From assembly GCF_000039765.1 (NCBI RefSeq), contig NC_004459.3:960001-992000 (forward strand): a stretch of 32,000 bases of DNA, read 5' to 3'. The notes beneath the pieces were generated by a model, which saw only the letters and a program-made list of their open reading frames with translations, made no database searches and was not told the origin of the DNA. Every line of letters begins with the position of its first letter. Within the stretch, counting starts at the first letter, position 1. The DNA comes from Vibrio vulnificus CMCP6. Its GTDB lineage: Bacteria; Pseudomonadota; Gammaproteobacteria; Enterobacterales; Vibrionaceae. The translations under genes were made by a program, and so were the position numbers. This document shows positions 11,249 through 23,191 of this stretch, one piece after another.

Positions 11249-11283
11249 CCTGTTTAAAATTTAACTCAATTTCGCCCATTGCT

Positions 11284-11664
11284 TCACGATTTAAGTAATT
11301 GGAAGCCTACCCAAGCAGCAGTGATACTCAAGGTCACGTTTAACACTACGTTTAAGCCCATTTTGAAAAATGCGCCTTGCTGCATCAGCAATACGTTATC
11401 CATCGAGAATGTCGAGAACGTTGTTAGTGCACCCAAAAAGCCCAAACCGATTATTTGTCGCCATGGCTCTGTCGCCAACAACTCACTCTCAAAGGCGGCA
11501 ATTAAGAGACCCATAATAAAAGAACCGACCACGTTTACGGTTAACGTGCCATAAGGAAAACCTCTGCCTAACAGCACAACACAGAGCTCTGACACTAAGT
11601 AACGAGAACAAGCGCCAAATGCGCCGCCCAAAGCAATGAAACCCAATATCGCAAATTGACTCAT
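11284..11664 (-). CDS. crcB: Fluoride ion channel CrcB/FluC
   Basis: 126 aa with four TM segments and family motifs (GAFGACSRY, GTLTVNVVGSFIMG, LGALTTFSTFS). Confidence 0.9.
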   Translation of the reverse strand: MSQFAILGFIALGGAFGACSRYLVSELCVVLLGRGFPYGTLTVNVVGSFIMGLLIAAFESELLATEPWRQIIGLGFLGALTTFSTFSMDNVLLMQQGAFFKMGLNVVLNVTLSITAAWVGFQLLKS

Positions 11665-11787
11665 AGCAACCTCACAAATCTAATGGCCACATTGTAGCCA
11701 CATCCACACAGAGATCGAGTACAAAAAACAATAATTTCATTTAGACAATGTATCTGTGAATTGCCAAGATTTAAAAAGTTACAGGAG

Positions 11788-13173
11788 TCACTTTACTTCA
11801 ATATATCCCATTAATCCGGTTTTCATATGTTCAATCACGTGGCAGTGATACATCCAGCGACCGGGGTTGTCCGCAACAAACGCCGCTTTGGCACTGCCAT
11901 TCTTACCTAGCAAAACAGTATCCGTATGAAACGGTTCTGCGAGCGTCTGGCCATTTAATTCCAATACGGTAAATGTGTGCCCATGCAAATGAATGGGGTG
12001 ATGGTATTGCGTCACGTTCTTAAGATTAAATATGTAGGTCCGCCCTCGTTCTAACGTCGCTAACGGTGCTGGAATTGAATCTTGGCTCATCCCCTCCCAA
12101 GCGCGTTTATTCACCAACCAAAACGTCGGCAGAGCTTGGCCAGATTTATCCATCGGAGTAACAGCACCTTCCCACTCGAAGACAAAATCAATTTGTTCAG
12201 CCGTATCTAAATCTAACGGCGCAATAGGGTTGAGCGGCAATGTTGGCAATATATTCTGGTTTAATAGGTCCGATTCAACCGATTCGAATGCACAAAGAGG
12301 AAACGGAAACTTCCCTTTCATTTGTCGCACATAGAAACGCTCTCCAACACCTGGAGCAATTAACCCGACATCAACCCTCATTCCAGGCCCAATCTTGTGT
12401 TCAGAGAGCTTATAAGGGGTTTTTATTGGGTTTCCATCTATTGCTATAACCCATGCGTCCACACCTTCAATAGCGATAGGATAAGTGATGGTATTGTCCA
12501 CATTTGCGATTCTCAGCCTCGTCATCGCATTCGCTTTCAACGGATAGATGGGCTCATGGACGCCATTCACAGTTCCCCACTCACCAGGAGTTCCCATGCG
12601 GGCACTTAAGCGTGGGACCAATAACGATTTCCACTCACCTTTCTCATTGAGATGCCAATGCTTAAGCATTAGAGCATGGTCTTCATCAAAAGAAACTGGC
12701 TCTGCTTCATCAACAATGATTAACCCAACTAGCCCCATACCTAGCTGCTTGACACTGTTCATATGCGGGTGATACCAAAATGTCCCTGCGTCAGGTGGAG
12801 TAAAGCGATAGGTAAAGCTCTCCCCTGGCATAACGGGTTTTTGACTCAAAAAGGGAACACCATCCATCTCAATAGGTACACGCAAACCATGCCAATGGAT
12901 TGTCGTTGGCTCGTTGAGTTTGTTGGTGAAGTGAATGATCACTTCTTCTCCTTGTCGACAACGAATCGTAGGGGCAGGGATAGCACCATTAAAGGCGAGC
13001 ACATCCGTAGCAAAACCAGGCACCACCTCAGCAGTAGCCGGTTCTGCAGTCATCTCATAGACAAACCGCCCATGATGAAGCGATGTTCTACGCGAAAGTG
13101 AACACGCAGGGAGAAGCGTTAATGCGGAAAACGCCAATGAAGTTTGAAGAAAGTGGCGGCGAGAAATATCCAT
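11788..13173 (-). CDS. Three-domain multicopper oxidase, Tat-exported and possibly a lipoprotein
   Basis: 461 aa. It has a twin-arginine signal (MDISRRHFLQTSLAFSALTLLPAC) with a Cys at a lipobox-like position. Copper-ligand motifs are HWHG, WYHPH, HPIHLHGH and HCHVIEHMKTGLM. Confidence 0.88.
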   Translation of the reverse strand: MDISRRHFLQTSLAFSALTLLPACSLSRRTSLHHGRFVYEMTAEPATAEVVPGFATDVLAFNGAIPAPTIRCRQGEEVIIHFTNKLNEPTTIHWHGLRVPIEMDGVPFLSQKPVMPGESFTYRFTPPDAGTFWYHPHMNSVKQLGMGLVGLIIVDEAEPVSFDEDHALMLKHWHLNEKGEWKSLLVPRLSARMGTPGEWGTVNGVHEPIYPLKANAMTRLRIANVDNTITYPIAIEGVDAWVIAIDGNPIKTPYKLSEHKIGPGMRVDVGLIAPGVGERFYVRQMKGKFPFPLCAFESVESDLLNQNILPTLPLNPIAPLDLDTAEQIDFVFEWEGAVTPMDKSGQALPTFWLVNKRAWEGMSQDSIPAPLATLERGRTYIFNLKNVTQYHHPIHLHGHTFTVLELNGQTLAEPFHTDTVLLGKNGSAKAAFVADNPGRWMYHCHVIEHMKTGLMGYIEVK

Positions 13174-13213
13174 ATGTGGCCTACTGATTTGATTTATTGC
13201 CTAAGTGTAACTA

Positions 13214-13245
13214 AATATTAATAATCATTCTCAACAATCTATCAA
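13214..13245 (-). promoter_or_regulatory. Putative multicopper-oxidase promoter with an overlapping Fur-box-like sequence
   Basis: On the minus strand: TTGATA (13245-13240), a 17-nt spacer, then ATTAAT (13222-13217). The 19-mer gagaatgattattaatatt (13232-13214) matches the Fur consensus GATAATGATAATCATTATC at 14/19 by my count. The AT-rich context raises the chance that this match is coincidental. Confidence 0.35.
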
Positions 13246-13429
13246 AGTAATGCTAAAGACTAGTTGATATGCTGACAGATGAGTCAAAACGCAAATGTAT
13301 TAGATTACAGCCTAGATTTAACGCAGTTGAGAGAGGGTTAAGGCTGTCTAGTTCAAGATGCAACCAAATGGAATCTGGATGGTTAGCCTCAGTAGCTAAG
13401 AGATAAGTTGTATAAGTACAAACAAAAGA

Positions 13430-13449
13430 CCCCAGCATCTCTGCTGAGG
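13430..13449 (-). terminator. Rho-independent terminator-like hairpin (minus strand), the third in the series after the rrn operon
   Basis: The minus strand reads cctcagca-gaga-tgctgggg (8-bp stem with one G-U pair), followed by tcttttgtttgt. Confidence 0.5.
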
Positions 13450-13480
13450 CCTAGAATAAGTACTAAAATAAGCGGGACAT

Positions 13481-13548
13481 ATTCCCCTTAAAAAATTCAC
13501 TACGCTTAAAACGACAAAACCCAGTCTGAAGACTGGGTTTCTAAATAA
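13481..13548. repeat. Direct repeat, copy A (~68 nt), carrying a terminator hairpin. Its partner lies at 14584-14653.
   Basis: The core 13503-13548 matches 14608-14653 at 43/46 positions by my alignment. A further ~22 nt on the left show weaker similarity. Confidence 0.85.
13505..13540 (-). terminator. Rho-independent terminator (distal copy, T2-like)
   Basis: The minus strand reads aaacccagtc-ttca-gactgggttt, followed by tgtcgttttaa (10-bp stem plus U-tract). Confidence 0.75.
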
Positions 13549-13575
13549 TACCAACCTAACTAAAAATCTATTCAA

Positions 13576-13992
13576 ATGAAGATGCGATTGCTCGCATTGG
13601 CCCATTTTAAAGATGGTCACTCTCGAACCCAACTTGCTAAGTTCCTTAAGGTAAGCAGAACCAGTGTGAATAAATGGGTACAAACCTTCCTTGAAGAAGG
13701 GCTTGAAGGACTGCAAGAGAAACCAAGAACGGGTCGCCCTGCATTTCTTAACGCGGAGCAGCGAGAACAATTAAGTCAGTATATAAAAGCTCGAGCGATG
13801 GATTCGTCTGGCGGTCGATTAACTGGTAACGATATTCATGCTTATATCGTTAATGAATTTGGCAAACACTACCACCCAGATTCGATCTACTACTTGCTCA
13901 ACCATATGGGCTTTTCTTGGATAACTTCACGCTCCAAGCGCCCTCGTCAATCCCAGCAAATCCAAGACGATTTAAAAAAAATTCAAAATTGA
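13576..13992 (+). CDS. IS630 transposase, N-terminal DNA-binding part (orfA)
   Basis: 138 aa with HTH-like segments (SRTQLAKFLKVSRTSVNKWV; HPDSIYYLLNHMGFSWITSRSKRP). It ends just after an A8 run at 13974-13981. Confidence 0.8.
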   Translation: MKMRLLALAHFKDGHSRTQLAKFLKVSRTSVNKWVQTFLEEGLEGLQEKPRTGRPAFLNAEQREQLSQYIKARAMDSSGGRLTGNDIHAYIVNEFGKHYHPDSIYYLLNHMGFSWITSRSKRPRQSQQIQDDLKKIQN

Positions 13993-14551
13993 AACGATCC
14001 TTAAGATCCCCGGTCACATGGGGCTTGATAACGTCGATGTCTGGTTTCAAGATGAAGCAAGATTTGGCCAGCAAAACACGACAACTCGACTTTGGGCTGA
14101 GCGTGGCTCAAGACCAAGAGTGGTAAAACAGCAGCAGTTTGAATATGCGTATTTGTTTGGCTCAGTATGCCCCGCTAGAGGTATTGGTGAGGCAATGGTC
14201 GTTCCTTGGGTTCACAAGAACATTATGGTTGAGCATTTGAAGCAGCTCTCCGCGGTGACCGAAAAAGGTCGTCACGCAGTGGTCATTATGGATGGCGCGG
14301 GTTGGCATACAAATGACATTGCTGAGCCATTTGACAATGTCAGTATCATCAAGCTCCCACCATATTCACCGGAGCTAAACCCGATAGAACAAGTGTGGAG
14401 TTGGTTAAGACAACACTCTCTCGCCAATCAATCTTTTGCGGATTACGAAGACATTGTCTCCAAAGTATGTAGGGCTTGGAATAGTTTTTTGGAATGTTCG
14501 GCCAGAGTCAGACAGATGTGCTCGAGAAGCTGGATAGACCTGAACAGTTAA
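13976..14551 (+). CDS. IS630 transposase, catalytic DDE part (orfB, +1 frame relative to orfA)
   Basis: This frame is open from 13976 (KKFKIETILKIPGHMGLDNVDVWFQDEARFGQQ...). The catalytic residues appear intact: D in WFQDEA, D in VIMDGAGWH and E in SPELNPIEQVW. The first ATG is at 14018. Confidence 0.75.
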   Translation, partial: KKFKIETILKIPGHMGLDNVDVWFQDEARFGQQNTTTRLWAERGSRPRVVKQQQFEYAYLFGSVCPARGIGEAMVVPWVHKNIMVEHLKQLSAVTEKGRHAVVIMDGAGWHTNDIAEPFDNVSIIKLPPYSPELNPIEQVWSWLRQHSLANQSFADYEDIVSKVCRAWNSFLECSARVRQMCSRSWIDLNS

Positions 14552-14583
14552 TTTTCCAGATTGGTATGACATGAGCAAGATGC

Positions 14584-14653
14584 ATTCCTTTCCAAGGAAA
14601 TTCATCACACTGAAAACGACAAAACCCAGTCCGAAGACTGGGTTTCTAAATAA
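14584..14653. repeat. Direct repeat, copy B (~70 nt), carrying the proximal rrn terminator
   Basis: See copy A. The only stem-loop difference falls in the loop (cgaa vs tgaa on the plus strand). Confidence 0.85.
14611..14645 (-). terminator. Rho-independent terminator immediately after tRNA-Asp (proximal copy, T1-like)
   Basis: The minus strand reads aaacccagtc-ttcg-gactgggttt, followed by tgtcgttttca. Confidence 0.8.
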
Positions 14654-14654
14654 G

Positions 14655-14731
14655 TGGCGGAGCGGACGGGACTCGAACCCGCGACCCCCGGCGTGACAGG
14701 CCGGTATTCTAACCAACTGAACTACCGCTCC
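14655..14731 (-). tRNA. tRNA-Asp (GUC), distal gene of the rrn operon
   Basis: The reverse complement is GGAGCGGTAGTTCAGTTGGTTAGAATACCGGCCTGTCACGCCGGGGGTCGCGGGTTCGAGTCCCGTCCGCTCCGCCA. This is near-identical to E. coli tRNA-Asp, with anticodon loop CTGTCAC and an encoded CCA. Confidence 0.97.
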
Positions 14732-14760
14732 GCACTGGTTAGACCTAAAGTCTAAATTAA

Positions 14761-14880
14761 AAGCCTGGCGATGTTCTACTCTCACATGGGGAAACCCCAC
14801 ACTACCATCGACGCTATTTCGTTTCACTTCTGAGTTCGGAATGGATTCAGGTGGGTCCAAAACGCTATGGTCGCCAAGCA
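14761..14880 (-). rRNA. rrf: 5S ribosomal RNA
   Basis: 120 nt. The reverse complement runs TGCTTGGCGACCATAGCG...CCGAACTCAGAAGTGAAACG...GATGGTAGTGTGGGG...ATCGCCAGGCTT, colinear with E. coli 5S. Confidence 0.97.
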
Positions 14881-15001
14881 AATTCTGTTTTTGTCTTCAC
14901 TTTTTCTAAAAAAGTGAAAGCAAAAAATCTGGAAAGCTGTTTATGTTCTCTACACATTCAATGTTCTTACATCGAGTCCATCAAAACCCTTTGGGTGTTG
15001 T

Positions 15002-17889
<2,888 letters not shown>

Positions 17890-18104
17890 ATACAACCCCA
17901 AAGGGTCTTTGTTAAACAACCAAAGTTGCTATCTCATTATTTGAATGAGCGAGATAGCGTTGATTTTGCCGGACTCAATTTCGAATAGTCACTAAAAGTG
18001 ACCTTCCCAAGAACACTTGAATGTGTTTGTTGGTGTTTGTCTTAAAGACAAACATTGAGAACTTTACAAACAACAATAAATTGTTGTTTTGTCAGCTTTC
18101 CAAA

Positions 18105-18117
18105 TTGTTAAAGAGCA
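18105..18117 (-). promoter_or_regulatory. boxA antitermination element in the 16S-23S spacer
   Basis: The minus strand reads TGCTCTTTAACAA, identical to the E. coli rrn boxA consensus. Confidence 0.8.
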
Positions 18118-18169
18118 AGATTTCTTTCGAAACCATTTTTAAAGATTCTTAAGGAAAAACCCTTAAAGA

Positions 18170-18245
18170 TGGTGGAGCTAAGCAGGATCGAACTGCTGAC
18201 CTCCTGCGTGCAAGGCAGGCGCTCTCCCAGCTGAGCTATAGCCCC
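18170..18245 (-). tRNA. tRNA-Ala (UGC) in the 16S-23S spacer
   Basis: The reverse complement is GGGGCTATAGCTCAGCTGGGAGAGCGCCTGCCTTGCACGCAGGAGGTCAGCAGTTCGATCCTGCTTAGCTCCACCA. Confidence 0.97.
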
Positions 18246-18255
18246 ATCGTTTGAG

Positions 18256-18332
18256 TGGTGGGTCTGAGTGGACTCGAACCACCGACCTTACGCTTATCAG
18301 GCGTACGCTCTAACCACCTGAGCTACAGACCC
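18256..18332 (-). tRNA. tRNA-Ile (GAU) in the 16S-23S spacer
   Basis: The reverse complement is GGGTCTGTAGCTCAGGTGGTTAGAGCGTACGCCTGATAAGCGTAAGGTCGGTGGTTCGAGTCCACTCAGACCCACCA. Confidence 0.97.
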
Positions 18333-18394
18333 ACTAGATGCTCTAATCTAAACCGTATCAATCTGTGTGAACACTCATCGCAATAATCATCGTA

Positions 18395-19937
<1,543 letters not shown>

Positions 19938-20083
19938 AAAGTTTTTTGAAGCTTTCGCTTCGGCTCAATGAATACTGAATAAATTGACTGTGCCGATACT
20001 TAGTATCGTTTTGGTCACTCAGTTCATTGATAAATCTTTTGGATTATCATCAACGAGTGCCCACACAGATTGATAGGTTTATA

Positions 20084-20095
20084 TTGTTAAAGAGC
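20084..20095 (-). promoter_or_regulatory. boxA-like element in the rrn leader
   Basis: The minus strand reads GCTCTTTAACAA. It lies between the promoters and the 16S 5' end. Confidence 0.7.
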
Positions 20096-20136
20096 TTTCT
20101 TCTTTTGTGAATCGCATCACTTCGGAAGAGGCGGCT

Positions 20137-20164
20137 ATTTTAGCGAGTTAAGTTTTAGTGTCAA
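20137..20164 (-). promoter_or_regulatory. rrn promoter P2
   Basis: On the minus strand: TTGACA (20164-20159), a 16-nt spacer, then TAAAAT (20142-20137), followed by a GC-rich discriminator (agccgcctc). Confidence 0.7.
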
Positions 20165-20264
20165 CCACTTTTTTCAAAACTTTTTTCAGGTGATTCACCT
20201 GGCTAAATGCCTTGACTGATAGACTCTGGTTTCTTTCGAAGCCTTGCCGTGTCAGCGAGGGGGC

Positions 20265-20292
20265 ATTATAGAGATCGGCGTCACGTTGGCAA
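20265..20292 (-). promoter_or_regulatory. rrn promoter P1 with an upstream A/T-rich UP-like region
   Basis: On the minus strand: TTGCCA (20292-20287), a 16-nt spacer, then TATAAT (20270-20265), followed by a GC-rich discriminator (gccccctcgc). The upstream region 20293-20345 is A/T-tract rich (aaaaatcaaaaaaaaacgtgaaaaa). Confidence 0.75.
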
Positions 20293-20372
20293 GCCCTTTT
20301 TCACGTTTTTTTTTGATTTTTCTATCGTTCGTTTAAAAAAGAGTCAAAACAAGCAAAAAGTGCAGGTTATTT

Positions 20373-20903
20373 CTACAAACAAGCAAACTTCTCAGAGAAT
20401 TGGCGTACTTTCTTCCAGTTGGTGTACTCCACTTCTTTACTGGTGTCCGTCTCTCCGCCAGTTAATGTCATGATGAGTTTGATCATATTTCTATCAAACC
20501 AGTTATATCTGGGATAATAGAGCGCGCCAGCGAAAACACCGATTAGGTTAGGCTGCCAAGGAGACTTTTTAAGAAATGTTCGAATATAAGCGCTTCCCTC
20601 TGGCGTATCTTTCCCTTGCTCTTCTTTTCTTGCGGTTAGGTTGACGCAAAAGAACGCCACTTTATGTTCATTCAACTGAGTTAGGTTATGCTGGATAAAT
20701 TGATAGAGCTTTTGATTCAAATGACCATAGCGAATCGACGCGCCAATCAGCACTTTGTCATAAACAGAAAAATCCACCGTATCGATGTCATGTAGATTCT
20801 TCACATCACATTGATAGCTCGGTAACTGTTCTTCTATATATTGAAGGATTTTCTTGGTCTGCCCCTCACGGGAAGAATAAAGAAATAGGGCTTTCACTAT
20901 CAT
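20373..20903 (-). CDS. hemG: Protoporphyrinogen IX dehydrogenase (menaquinone-dependent), flavodoxin-like HemG
   Basis: 176 aa with a flavodoxin-like N-terminus (ALFLYSSREGQTKKI). AAGGAG lies upstream of the ATG. The position after trkH and before the rrn operon matches the E. coli trkH-hemG-rrnA order. Confidence 0.88.
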   Translation of the reverse strand: MIVKALFLYSSREGQTKKILQYIEEQLPSYQCDVKNLHDIDTVDFSVYDKVLIGASIRYGHLNQKLYQFIQHNLTQLNEHKVAFFCVNLTARKEEQGKDTPEGSAYIRTFLKKSPWQPNLIGVFAGALYYPRYNWFDRNMIKLIMTLTGGETDTSKEVEYTNWKKVRQFSEKFACL

Positions 20904-20909
20904 TTCTCC

Positions 20910-22367
20910 TTAACTGCGCCAAAACGTAGGGGTTAGCAATATAAGTAAGGTAAAGATTTCTAAACGACCAAAGAGCATAGACACCACCAAAACCCATTTG
21001 GCTTTATCGTTCACATCCGCAAAATGCACTGCAACTTCCCCCAAGCCTGGGCCTAGGTTGTTTAGCGTCGCTGCGACGGCTGAAAAAGCGGTAAGTTCGT
21101 CCATTCCTGTCGCAATAAGTGCGAGCATACAAACGACGAACACCAATGCATAAGCGGAGAAGAATCCCCACACCGCATCCACCACACGTTGCGACAGAGC
21201 ATTGCCACCCACTTTGATGGTGTAGACCGCTCTAGGGTGAACTAAACGCTTAAGTTCACGCGCACCTTGCAACGTGAGCAATAAAATCCGAATAACTTTC
21301 ATACCACCACCGGTTGAGCCTGCACATCCGCCAATAAAAGAGGAGAACAGCAGTAACACGGGTAGAAATAGTGGCCAATCTGAAAATCCCGTGGTGGTGA
21401 AACCCGCAGTCGTTGAGATGGAGACTGTTTGGAACAACGCTTGGTCGAAGGCATCGTAAATGGAGTCGTAAGAATGGTGTGCCAACAATAATAAAAAGCA
21501 AATGACAAACAGCAGTGCTTGAATAAAGATAAACGCTCTAAACTCTGGGTCTTTCCAATAATATTTTGGATGAACACCGCCAGAGGCAAAGGCGGCAAAG
21601 TGAAGTGAGTAGTTACATGCCGAGATCAGCAGGAAGATAACCGTGATTAAGTTAATCGCATAGCTATCGAAATACCCCATACTGGCGTCGTGGGTAGAAA
21701 AGCCACCAATCGCGATGGTCGAGAAACTATGGCTAATCGCATCAAACGGCGTCATTCCCGCCAACCAGAAAGCTCCCGCACAAGCGATAGTCAGGCTCAA
21801 ATAGATATACCACAGCGCTTTAGCCGTTTCTGCAATACGCGGGGTCATTTTACTGTCTTTGACTGGACCAGGAATTTCAGCACGATACAACTGCATGCCA
21901 CCGATGCCGAGAACCGGCAAAATCGCGACCGCCAGCACGATGATCCCCATACCGCCAAACCATTGCAGTATCTGGCGATAGAACAAAATCGCTTTGGGCA
22001 GTTCATCTAAACCGACGATAACCGTCGCACCCGTGGTGGTCAGCGCGGAGAAGGATTCGAAAAACGCATCGGTGATCGAAATACTGGGGTTATCAGCGAT
22101 CAGGAAGGGCAACGCACCAGCACTGCCGAGTACGGTCCAAAACAGCACCACAATTAAAAAGCCATCGCGCGCTTTGAGTTCGTGTTTATGCCTACGGTTT
22201 GGAAACCAACACACGGTGCCGCAAAACAGCAGCACAAAAAAGGTCGTAACAAAAGGAACACCCGCACCATCGCGATAAATAAGCGCCACCAACGCGGGCG
22301 CAAGCATAGTGACACTGAAGAGTGCGAGCAACAGCCCGACAATACGGATAATTGAACGAAATTGCAT
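20910..22367 (-). CDS. trkH: Trk-system potassium uptake protein TrkH
   Basis: Polytopic membrane protein with an N-terminus (MQFRSIIRIVGLLLALFS) colinear with E. coli TrkH (MHFRAITRIVGLL..). I chose the ATG at 22367; the track's TTG at 22382 is an alternative start. Confidence 0.9.
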   Translation of the reverse strand: MQFRSIIRIVGLLLALFSVTMLAPALVALIYRDGAGVPFVTTFFVLLFCGTVCWFPNRRHKHELKARDGFLIVVLFWTVLGSAGALPFLIADNPSISITDAFFESFSALTTTGATVIVGLDELPKAILFYRQILQWFGGMGIIVLAVAILPVLGIGGMQLYRAEIPGPVKDSKMTPRIAETAKALWYIYLSLTIACAGAFWLAGMTPFDAISHSFSTIAIGGFSTHDASMGYFDSYAINLITVIFLLISACNYSLHFAAFASGGVHPKYYWKDPEFRAFIFIQALLFVICFLLLLAHHSYDSIYDAFDQALFQTVSISTTAGFTTTGFSDWPLFLPVLLLFSSFIGGCAGSTGGGMKVIRILLLTLQGARELKRLVHPRAVYTIKVGGNALSQRVVDAVWGFFSAYALVFVVCMLALIATGMDELTAFSAVAATLNNLGPGLGEVAVHFADVNDKAKWVLVVSMLFGRLEIFTLLILLTPTFWRS

Positions 22368-22412
22368 GGGTGATTGAATCAATAAAGTCGACAGACTTCC
22401 TAGTTGTTATTG

Positions 22413-23036
22413 TTATTTCCCGATATAAGGCGTCACGAGCGCTTTTGCACTGCTTTTGTTGATCATGGTTTGAGTAAACATCTCCACGTTTCTCACTTCC
22501 AGTTCAACCACCAGCACGACGCTCTCACTGTATTGAGCGTCAACCTCAACAGCGTTGAATTGCTGCATTATAGATTGCGCAATTGGTACGAACGCATAGT
22601 CTAACTCCAGTCTGAGTTTTGTGGTTATTTTTTTCTCAATTGTTTGAAGCAGCTTGAGCGCCTGCTGCACGCCACCGCCATACGCTTTCACCAATCCACC
22701 GGTGCCAAGGCGAATACCACCATAATATCGTGTTACGACTGCGGTGATCTCACCAACACCCGACCCAGAGAGCTGCGCCAAAATCGGCTTTCCAGCTGTA
22801 CCAGATGGCTCGCCATCATCACTAAAACCCCACTTCATTGAATCCTCTGGTCGCCCAGCAACAAACGCCCAACAGTTATGACGCGCATCGGCATGTTGCG
22901 TTTTAATCCTCTCTACAAAAGCTTTTGCCGCCTCTATCGTCGGGGTATGAGCAAGATAAGTAATAAAGAGACTCTTTTTGATTTCTTCTTCAAATTGAAC
23001 CGCTTGGGCTGGGATGAGGTATGGATTTTCGTTCAT
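22413..23036 (-). CDS. yigZ: IMPACT-family protein YigZ
   Basis: 207 aa containing the HNCWAF and DDGEPSGTAGKPIL motifs of the UPF0029/IMPACT family. It is syntenic with E. coli yigZ-trkH. Confidence 0.85.
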   Translation of the reverse strand: MNENPYLIPAQAVQFEEEIKKSLFITYLAHTPTIEAAKAFVERIKTQHADARHNCWAFVAGRPEDSMKWGFSDDGEPSGTAGKPILAQLSGSGVGEITAVVTRYYGGIRLGTGGLVKAYGGGVQQALKLLQTIEKKITTKLRLELDYAFVPIAQSIMQQFNAVEVDAQYSESVVLVVELEVRNVEMFTQTMINKSSAKALVTPYIGK

Positions 23037-23174
23037 GACATTCGCACTATCAACAAGAACGGCAAGTGTAGCATGCCCCTATTCAGAGTGCATAAGATCT
23101 GCTTTAACGCACAATGTTAAACACTTGTTTAAAAAATGTATTGAAATTAGACAATCCGAGGTCCACACTAAGCA

Positions 23175-23191
23175 AACTGGTCTAACCAGAA
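23175..23191. promoter_or_regulatory. FadR operator in the fadBA promoter region
   Basis: AACTGGTCTAACCAGAA compared with the E. coli FadR consensus AACTGGTCCGACCTGTT, with an internal palindrome CTGGT-cta-ACCAG. It sits directly upstream of a TATAAA hexamer (23192-23197), about 90 nt before the fadB ATG. Confidence 0.65.

Larger units (their letters stand above)
13551..14564 (+). mobile_element. IS630-family insertion sequence (~1.0 kb) flanked by TA/TA
   Basis: It encodes an HTH domain plus a DDE transposase. The imperfect terminal inverted repeats are ccaacctaactaaaaatctattca (left) and ccaatctggaaaattaactgttca (right, reverse-complemented), matching at about 16/27. A TA dinucleotide sits at both junctions (13549-13550 and 14565-14566), as expected for IS630/Tc1-type target duplication. 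Confidence 0.8.

Noticed and set aside
11665-11787. I looked for a fluoride (crcB-motif) riboswitch upstream of crcB.
   Set aside because: The minus-strand sequence lacks the conserved GGCGATG...CTGATGATGCCTAC-type core. crcB appears unregulated by a riboswitch or co-transcribed with the multicopper oxidase gene.
13253-13770. ORFs 13253-13438 (61 aa) and 13396-13770 (124 aa) on the minus strand.
   Set aside because: The first starts inside a terminator hairpin in AT-rich promoter DNA. The second runs antisense through the IS left end and across a terminator. Neither has an SD or recognisable motifs.
13917-14126. A third-frame ORF (69 aa) bridges the two transposase halves.
   Set aside because: The HTH and DDE homology lies in the other two frames, which connect directly at the A8 tract. 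This frame shows no transposase-like sequence.
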